Position numbers and translations under genes: made by a program
Shown: positions 53,430-64,000 of the stretch, piece by piece
Layout: each line of letters opens with the position of its first letter
Numbering within the stretch: position 1 is the stretch's first letter
Notes under the pieces: model-generated
Seen by the model: the letters and a program-made list of their open reading frames with translations, nothing else
Database searches by the model: none
What the model was told of the DNA's origin: nothing
Source: Eledone cirrhosa
Lineage: Eukaryota
Length of the DNA stretch: 64,000 nucleotides
Direction of reading: 5' to 3'
Assembly (NCBI GenBank): GCA_964016885.1
Contig: OZ024744.1
Location: 44,330,001 to 44,394,000 of the forward strand

Positions 53430-56400
53430 ATTCTTTTAGTTAACAATACCAGTACTACAACATCTGTTACTTACCAATACTAGTATTACACCATGTGTTA
53501 GTTATCAATACTAGTATTACACCATCTGTTAGTTACCAATACTAATACTGCACCATTTGATAGTTACCAATACTAGTATTACACTGTTTGTTAGCTAGAA
53601 TATTAATATTACACCATTTGTTAGTTACCAATACTAGTATTACACCATCTGTTAGTTACCAATATTAGTATAGCACCATATGTTCGTTGCTAATACTAGT
53701 ATTACACCATATGTTAGTTACCAATACTAGCATTACATTATCTGTTAGTTACCAATACTAGTACTACACCATCTGTTAATTACCAATATGTGTACTACAC
53801 CATTTGTTAGTTAACAATACTAGTATTACACCGTCTGTTATTTAGAATACTAGTATTACACCTACTGTTAGGTACCAATAGTAGTATTACACCTTCTGTT
53901 AGTTACCAATGCTAGAATTACATCTGTTAGTTACCAATACTAGTGTTACACCAACTGTTAGTTACCAATATTAGTATTACAGCATCTGTTAGTTACCAAT
54001 ACTATTACTACACTATCCGTTATTTACCAAACTAGTACTACAACATCTGTTAGTTAACAAACTAGTATTACACCATATGTTATTTAGCATACTAATACTA
54101 CACCATATGATATTTACCAATGTTAGTACTACACCATCTGTTAGTTACCAATACTAGTATTACACCATTTGATAGTTACCAATACTAGTATTACACCGTC
54201 TGTTAGCTAGAATACTAGTATTACACCATCTTTTAGTTACCAATATTAGTATTACACCATCTTTTACTTAGGATAATAGTATTACACAATCTGTTAGTTA
54301 CCAATATTAATATTACACCGTTTATTAGTTACCAATACTAGCATTACATCATATGTTAGTTACCAAACCTAGTATTACACCACCTGTTAGTTACCAATAC
54401 AAGTAGTTCACCATCTTATAGTTACCAATACTAGTATTACAGCATCTCTTAGTTAGAATACTAGTACTACACCATCTGTTAGTTACCAATACTAGTACTA
54501 CAGCAAATGTTAGTTACCAATACTAGCATTACATTATCCGTTAGTTACCAATACTAGTACTAAACCATCTGTCAGTTACCAATATTTGTACTACACCATG
54601 TGTTAGTTAACAATATTATTATTTTAACGTCTGTTAGTTAGAATACTAGTATTACACCCTCTGTTAGTTACCAATACTAGCATTACACGATCTTTTTTGT
54701 TACCAATATTAGTATGACGCCATCTGTTAGTAACCAATACTAGTATTACAACATCTGTCATTTTCCAATACTATTATTACACCATCTGTTACTGAGAATA
54801 ATAGTATTACAGCATTTGTTAGTTACCAACATTAATATTACATCGTGTATTAGTTACCAATACTAGTATTACTCCATCTGTTAGTTACTGATATTAGTAT
54901 TACACCATCTGTTAATTGCCAATACTAGTATTACACCATCTGTTAGTTACCAATACTAGCATTACATTATGTTTTAGTTACCAACACTAGTACTACACGA
55001 TATGTTAGTTAGAATACTAGTATTAATCAATATGTTAGTTACCAATACTAGTATTACACCGTTTGTTAGAATATTAGTATTTCACCATCTTTTAGTTACC
55101 AGTACTAGCATTACACCATCTTTTAGTTACGAATATTAATATTACACCATATTTAATTACCAATTCTATTATTACACCATCTGATATTTACAGATACTAG
55201 TATTACCCCATCTGTTAGTTACCAATATTAGTACAACACCATTAGCTAGTTACCAATACTAGTACTAAACTATTTGTTTGTTACCAATACTAGTACTACA
55301 CCATCTGTTAACAATATTAGTACAAGATCATCTGTTGGATAACAATACTAAATTACACCATTTGTTAGTTAGAATACTAGATTACACCATTTGTTAGTTA
55401 GAATACTAGTATTACACCATCTGTTAGTTACCAATATTAGTATTACACCATTTTTTTGTTTCCAATACTAGTATTACAACATCTGTTAGTTATCAATTCT
55501 TGTACTACACCACATGTTAGTTAATGAAACTAGTATTACACCAGCTATTAGTTACCAATACTAGTATTACACCATATGTTAGTTACCAATACTATTAGTA
55601 CACTATCAATTATTTACCAATACTAGAACTACAGCATTTGTTACTTAACAATACTAATATTACACGAACTGTTAGTTACCAATATTAGTATTACACCATC
55701 TGATAGTTACCAATACTAGTACTAAACTATTTGTTTGTTACCAATACTAGTACTACACCATCTGTTAACAATATTAGTACTAGATCATCTGTTGGATAAC
55801 AATACTAAATTACACCATTTGTTAGTTAGAATACTAGATTACACCATTTGTTAGTTAGAATACTAATATTACACCATCTGTTAGTTTCCAATATTTGTAT
55901 TACCCCATCTGTTAGTTACCAATACTAGTATTAAACCTTCTTTAGTTACCAATACTAGTATGACACCATCTGTTATTTACCAATACTAGTATTACACCAT
56001 ATGTTATTTAGCATACTAGTATTACACCATATGATATTTACCAATGCTAGTACTACACAATCTGTTAGTTACCAATACTAGTATTACACCATTTGATAGT
56101 TACCAATACTAGTATTACACCGTCTGTTAGCTAGAATACTAGTATTACACCATCTTTTATTTACCAATATTAGTATTACACCATCCTTTACTTAGAATAC
56201 TAGTATGACACAATCTGTTAGTTACCAATATTAATATTACACCGTTTATTAGTTACCAATACTAGCATTACACCATATGTTAGTTACCAAAACTAGTATT
56301 ACACCACCTGTTAGTTACCAATACAAGTACTGCACCATCTTATAGTTACCAATACTAGTATTACAGCATCTCTTAGTTAGAATACTAGTACAACACCATC

Positions 56401-59400
56401 TGTTAGTTACCATGGTACTACACCATCTGTTACTTAGAATAATATTATTACACCATGTTTTAGTTATCAATATTAATATTACACCTTTTATTAGTTACCA
56501 ATTGCACTATCTGTTAGTTACCAATATTAGTATTACACCACCTTTTAGTTACCAATACTAGTATTACACCATCTGTTAGTTACTACTACTAGCATTACAT
56601 TATGTTTTAGTTACCAATAGTAGTACTACACCATATGTTAATTACCAATACTAGTATTACACCGTTTGTTAGAATACTAATATTTCACGATCTGTTATTT
56701 ACCAGTACTAGCATTACACCATCTTTTAGTTACCAATATTAATATTACACCATCTGTTAGTGACCAGTACTAGTATTACACAATATGATAGTTACAGATA
56801 CGAGTATTACACGATGTGTTAGTTACCAATAATATTACTACACCATTTGTTAGTTAATAATACTAGTAATACACCATCTGATAGTTACCAATACTATTAC
56901 TACACTATCTATTATTTAACAATACTAGAACTACACCATTTGTTAGTTAACAATACTAATATTACACGAATTGTTTGTGACGAATATTAGTATTACACCA
57001 TTCTTTTAGTTAACAATACTAGTACTACAACATCTGATAGTTACCAATACTAGTACTACAGCATCTATTAGTTAGAATACTGGTACTACACCATATGTTA
57101 GTATCCAATACTAGTACTTCACCACCTTTAATTACCAATACTAGTATTACACAATTTGTTAGTTACTAATATTAGTATTTCACCATCTTCTAGTTACCAA
57201 AATGAGTATTACCTCATCTGTTAGTTAGCAATATTTGTATTACACCATTTGCTAGTTACCAATACTAGTACTAAACTATTTGTTTGTTATCAATACTAGT
57301 ACTACAACATCTGTTAGTTACCAAATCTAGAATTACACCATGTGTTAGTTATCAATACTAGTATTACACCATCTGTTAGTTACCAATACTAGTACTGCAC
57401 CATCTGATTGTTACCAATACTACTATTACACAATTTGTTAGTTACTAGTATTAGTATTACACCATCTTTTAGTTACCAAAATTAGTATTACCCCTTCTGA
57501 TAGTTACAAATACTATTACTACACTATCTATTATTTACAATACTAAAACTACACCATTTGTTAGTTAGCTATAATAATATTACAGGAACTGTTAGTGATG
57601 AATAATAGTATTACACCATCTGTTAGTTAGAATACTAGTATTACACCATTCTTTTAGTTATGAATACTAGTATTAAAACATCTGTTAGTTACCAAATCTA
57701 GTATTACACCATGTATTAGTTATCAATACTAGTATTACACCATCTGATTGTTACCAATACTAGTAGTACACAATTCTTTTGTTACTAATACTAGTATTAC
57801 ACCGTATGTTAGTTTGAATACTAGTATTACACCATCTATTAGTTATCAATATTAGTATTACACCATATGTTAGTTACCAATGCTAGTATTACATCATCTG
57901 TTAGTTACTACTACTAGTATTATATTATGTGTTAGTTACCAATACTAGTATTATACCATCTCTTAGTTACCAATATAGTACTACGCATTGGTTAGTTACC
58001 AATACTAGTATTACACCGTCTGTTGTTTAGAATACTGCTATTACACCATCTACTAGTTACCAATACTAGCATTACACCATCTTTTAGTTAGCAAAAGTAG
58101 TATTACACAATCTGTTAGTTACCAATATTAGTACTCCACCATTTCCTAGTTACCAATACTAGTACTAAACTATTTGCTTGTTACCAATATTAGTACAACA
58201 CTATCTGTTTGTTACCAATATTAGTACTCCACCATTTGTTTGTTACCAATACTAGTATTACACCATCTGTTAGTTAGTATACTAGTATTACACCATTTGT
58301 TATTTACCAATATTAGCATTACACCATTTGTTTGTTACCAATTCTAGTATGACAACATACGTTAGTTATCAATACTAGTACTACACCATATGTTAGTTAA
58401 CAAAACAAGTATTACACCATCTATTAGTTACCAATAATAGTATTACACCATCTGTTAGCTACCAATACTAGTTTTACACCATCTGATAGTTACCAATACT
58501 ATTACTACACTATCTATTATTTAACAATACTAGAACTACATCATTTGTTAGTTAACAATACTAATATTACACCAACTGTTTGTGACAAATATTTGTATTA
58601 CACCATCTGTTAGTTAGAATACTAGTATTACACCATTCTTTTAGTTAACAATACTAGTACTACAACATCTGATAGTTACCAATACTAGTATTACAGCATC
58701 TATTAGTTAGAATACTGGTACTACATATGTTAGTATCCAATATTTGTATTACACCATTTGCTAGTTACCAATACTAGTACTAAACTATTTGTTTGTTATC
58801 AATACTAGTACTACAACATCTGTTAGTTACCAAATCTAGTATTACGCCATGTGTTAGTTATCAATACTAGTATTACACCATATGTTTGTTACCAATACTA
58901 GTACTAAACTATTTATTTGTTAATAATACTAGTACTACACCATATGTTAACAATATTAGTACTACATCATTTGTTAGTTAACAAGACAAGATTACAAGAT
59001 CTATTAGTTACTAATACTAGTATTACCCCATCTGTTAGTTAGAATACTAGTATTACAGCATCTCTTAGTTACCAATATTAGTATTACGCCATTTATTTGT
59101 TACCAATACTAGTATTACAACATCTGTTAGTTATCAATACTAGTACTACACCATAAGTTAGTTAACAAAACTAGTATTACACCATCTATTTGTTACCAAT
59201 ACTATTATTACACCATCTGTTAGCTACCAATACTAGTATTACACAATCTGTTACTCGCCAATGTTATTACTACACTATCTATTATTTACCAATACTAGAA
59301 CTACACCATTTGTTAGTTAACAATACTAATATTACACGAACTGTTAGTGACAAATATTAGTATTACACCATCTGTTAGTTAGAATACTAGTATTACACCA

Positions 59401-62400
59401 TTCTTTTAGTTAACAATACTAGTACTACAACATCTGTTAGTTACCAATACTAGTACTGCACCATCTGATAGTTACCAATACTAGTATTACAGCATCTATT
59501 AGTTAGAATACTGGTACTACACCATATGTTAGTTACCAATGCTAGTACTACATCACCTTTTAGTTACCAATACTAGTATTATACAATTTGTTATTTACAA
59601 ATAGGAGTATGACACCATCTGTTAGCTAGAATACTAGTATTATACCATCTTTTAATTACCAATATTAGTATTACACCATTTGTTATTTACCAATACTAGG
59701 ATTACATCATCTGTTAGTTACTACTACTAGCATTATATTATGTTTTAGTTACAAATACTAGTACTATACCATCTCGTAGTTACCAATACTAGTACTACAC
59801 CATATGTTAGTTACAATACTAGTATTACACCGTCTGTTATTTAGAATACATGTATTACTCCAGCTGCTAGTTACCAATGCTAGCATTACACCATCTTTTA
59901 GTTACGAAAATTACAAGATTACAACATCTGTTAGATAGCAATATTAGTATTACACCATATGTTAGTTACCAATACTAGTATTAGACCATTTGTTAGTTAC
60001 CAATTCTAGTATTACACCATCTGTTTGTTAGAATACTTCTATTACGCCATCTGTTATTTACCAAAATTAATATTAGACCATTTGTTATTTTACCAATACA
60101 AGTTTTACATCATCTGTTAGTTACTATTATTAGTATTACACCATCTGTTAGTTACAATATTAATTTTACATCATCTGTTAGTTAATACAACTAGCATTAT
60201 ATTATGTGTTAGTTACCAATACTAGTACTACACCATCTCTTACTTACAAATACTAGTACTACACCATTGGTTAGTTACCAATACTAGTATTACACCGTCT
60301 GTTATTTAGAATACTGGTATTGCAACATATGTTAGTTACCAATACTGCATTACACCATCTTTTAGTTACCCAAATTAGTATTTCACCATATGTTAGTTAC
60401 CAGTACTAGTATTACACCATCTGTTAGTTACCAATACTAGTATTACCCCATCTGTTCGTTAGCAATATTAGTACTACACCATTTGCTAGTTACCAATACT
60501 AGTACTACACCATCTGTTAACAATATTAGTACTAGATCATCTGTTAGTTAACAATACTAGTATTACACCAACTGTTAGTTGCCAAAATTAGAATTACACC
60601 ATTTGTTTGTTACCAATACTAGTATTACAACATCTGTTAGTTATCAATACTAGTACTACACCATCTGTTAGTTAACGATACTAGTATTACACCATCTGTT
60701 AGCTACCAATACTAGTATTACACCATCTGTTAATTACTAATAATAGTATTACACCGTCTGTTAGCTAGAATACTAATATTACACCATATTTTAGTTACCG
60801 ATATTTGTATTACACCATGTGTTAGTTACCAATACTAGTATTACATCATCTGTTAGATACTACTACTAGAATTATATGTGTTACTTACCAATACTAGTAC
60901 TACAACATCTCTTAGTACTACACCATTTGTTAGTTACCAATACTAGTATTACACCGTCCGTTATTTAGCATACTGATATTACACCATCTGTTAGTTACCA
61001 ATACTTACATTACACCAACTTTTACTTACCAAAATTAGTATTACCCCATCTGTTAGTTACCAATATTTGTACTACATCCTTTGCCAGTTACCAATACTAG
61101 TACTAAACTATTTGTTTGTTACCAGTACTATCACTACACCCTCTGTTAACAATATTAGTACTAGATCATCTGTTAGTTAACAATACTAGTATTACACCAT
61201 ATTTTAGTTACCAATATTAGTATTACACCATATTTTATTTACCAATATTAGTATTACACCATTTGTGTTTTACCAATACTAGTATTACACCATATATTAG
61301 TTATCAATACTAGTATTACAATATCTGTGATCTATCAATACTAGAATTACACCATCTGTTAGTTACCAACATTAATATTACATGATTTCTTAATTAGAAT
61401 AATAATATTACACCATCTGTTAGATTCCAATACTAGTATTACACCGTCTGGTTGTTAGAATACTGGCATTAAACTATATGTTAGTTAACATTACTAGTAC
61501 TACACCATTTGTTAGTTATCAATACTAGTACTACACCATCTGTTAGTTAACAATACTAGTATTACATCATCTGTTAGTTACCCAAACTAGCATTACACCA
61601 TAAGTTAGTTACCAAAACTAGTATTACACCATCTGTTAATTAACAATAGTAGCATTACACTATCTGTTAGTTACCATACTAACATTCCACCATATTTTAG
61701 TTAATAATACTAGTATTACACCATCTGTTAGTTACCAATACTGGTAATACAGCATATGTTAACTACAAATACTAGTACTACACCCCCTGTTAGTTACCAA
61801 TACTAGTATTACACCATCTGTTAGTTACATATACTAGTACTAGACCTTCTGTGTGTTACCAAATCTAATACTACACCATCTGTTAGTTATGCTACTTACC
61901 AATACTATTACTACACCATCTGTTAACTACCAAAATTAGTACTACACATTCTGTTAGTTACCAAAGCAAGTACTGCAGCATCTATTAGTTACCACTCCTA
62001 GTAATACAGCATCTGTTAATACCAATCCTAATACTACAGCATCTGTTAGTGACGCAGACTAATAATACCAATACTAATACTACACCATGTGTTAGTTACC
62101 AATACTAGTATTACACCATTTGTTAGTTACCAATACTAGTATAACATCGTCTGTTAGCTAGAATACTTGTATTACATAATCTGTTAGTTACCAATATTAA
62201 TATTACATCATCTGTTACTTAGAACAATAGTATTACACCATCTGTTACTTACCAATATTGTATTACACCATCTGTTAGTTACCAATACTAGTATTACCCC
62301 ATCTATTAGTTACCAATACTAGCATTATATTATCTGTTAATTACAAATACTAGTACTACACCATCTGTTAGTTACCAATACTAACATTACACCACTTCCT

Positions 62401-64000
62401 AATTACCAATATTAATATTACACCATATGTTAGTTAACAATACTAGTATTACACCATCGGTTAGTTAACATAATAGTATTACATTATATGTTGGTTACCA
62501 ATACTAACCTTACACCATCTGTTAGTTACCAATACTATTATTACACAATCTGTTAGTTACCAATACTAGTAATATATCATATATTAACTACAAATAATAG
62601 TACTACACTATCTGTGATTTACCAATACTAGTATTACACCATCTGTGAGTTACAAATACTAGTACTAGACCTTCTGTTTATTAGCAAATCTAATTCTATA
62701 CCATCTGTTAGTTACCACTACTAGTACTACACCATCTCTTAACTACAAAAACTAGTACTACGCATTCTGTTAGTTACCAGAACAAGTACTTCAGCATCTA
62801 TTAGTTACCACTCCTCGTACTATAGCATCTGTTAATACTAGTAATAATACTACACCATCTGTAGTGACTGAAACTAATAATACCAATACTAATACTACAC
62901 CATCTGTTAGTGACCCAAACAAGTGCTAAACATCTGTGCAGTTACCAATAATAGTTTTACACCATTTGTTAACTTCCAAAACTAGTACTAAATCATCTGT
63001 TAATTACCAAAACTAGTACTACACAAATTGGTAACTACCAAAACTAGTATTACACCATCTGTTAGTTACCAACATTAGTACTACACCATTTGTTAACTAC
63101 CAATGCTAGTACTACAACATCGTTTAGTTACCAATAGTAGTACATCGTTTAGCTACATAAACGAGTACTACAACATTTGTTACTTACCCAGACTAGTACT
63201 ACACCCTCTGTTAGTTAACAATACTAATATTACACCGTCTTTTAGCTAGCATACTAGTATTACACCATCTGCTAGTTACCAATATTAATATTACATCATC
63301 TGTTATTTAGAATACTAGTACCAAATCATTTGTTAGTTTCCAATACTAGTATTACACCGTCTGTTAGTTGGAATACTGTCATTGCGCCATCTGTTAGTTA
63401 ACAATAATAGTACTACACCATTTGTTACTTACCAATAGTAGTACTACACCATTTGTTAATTACCACTAGTAGTACTACACCATATGTTAGTTACCATTAC
63501 TAGTTTTACACCATCTGTTAGTTACCAATATTAATATTACATAATCTGTTACATAGAATAATAGTATTACACCATCTGCTACTTACCAATATTAGTATTA
63601 CACCATCTGTTAGTTACCAATACTAGTATTACCCCATCTGTTAGTTACCAATACTAGCATTGCAATATATGCTAATTACAAATACTAGTACTACACCATC
63701 TGTAGGCTACCAATACTATTACTACACCATCCTGTAAATTACCAATACAAGCATTACACTATATGTTAGTTACCAATACTAGTATTACACCGTCTGTTTG
63801 TTAGAATACTGTCATTACACCATCTGTTAGTTAACAATAATAGTACTACACCATTTGTTACTTACCAATACTAGTACTACACCATTTGTTAATTACCACT
63901 AGTGGTACTACACCATCTGTTAGTTACCAATATTAGTATTTCACAATCTGTTAGATAGCAATAATAGCATTACACTATCTGTTAGTTATTAATACTTGTA
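53430..64000. repeat. 31-bp satellite array (>10.5 kb, roughly 340 units, runs off the window)
   Basis: Consensus TTAGTTACCAATACTAGTATTACACCATCTG, containing the 12-bp palindrome AATACTAGTATT. Confidence 0.97.

Noticed and set aside
53430-64000. CRISPR array (31-bp partly palindromic repeat)
   Set aside because: Units are contiguous with no unique spacers, there are no cas genes, and the context is eukaryotic.

Overview
Eukaryotic, AT-rich, microsatellite-saturated window with no recognisable host gene. Dense (TA)n/(CA)n tracts and SINE-like pieces suggest a coleoid cephalopod such as octopus; that is inference. Bases 1-53430 are a nest of mobile elements. They include at least five distinct Penelope-like retroelement (PLE; RT plus C-terminal GIY-YIG) families, most 5'-truncated, inserted in (TA)n, and carrying a head-to-head inverted arm. 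There is also a Gypsy 5'LTR-gag-protease fragment, a hAT-type DNA transposon, LINE remnants and a probable non-autonomous Helitron. Bases 53430-64000 are a 31-bp satellite. The main hidden signal is RNA-level: more than 20 minimal type-I hammerhead ribozyme (HHR) motifs from about 10 sequence families, read by eye. Two non-coding tandem arrays (310-bp and ~480-bp units) carry one HHR per unit and look like retrozyme/circular-RNA insertions mobilised by the neighbouring PLEs. One HHR has an unusually long stem II insert. Most short ORFs in the track are translations of microsatellites. Coordinates were counted by hand and may be off by a few bases.
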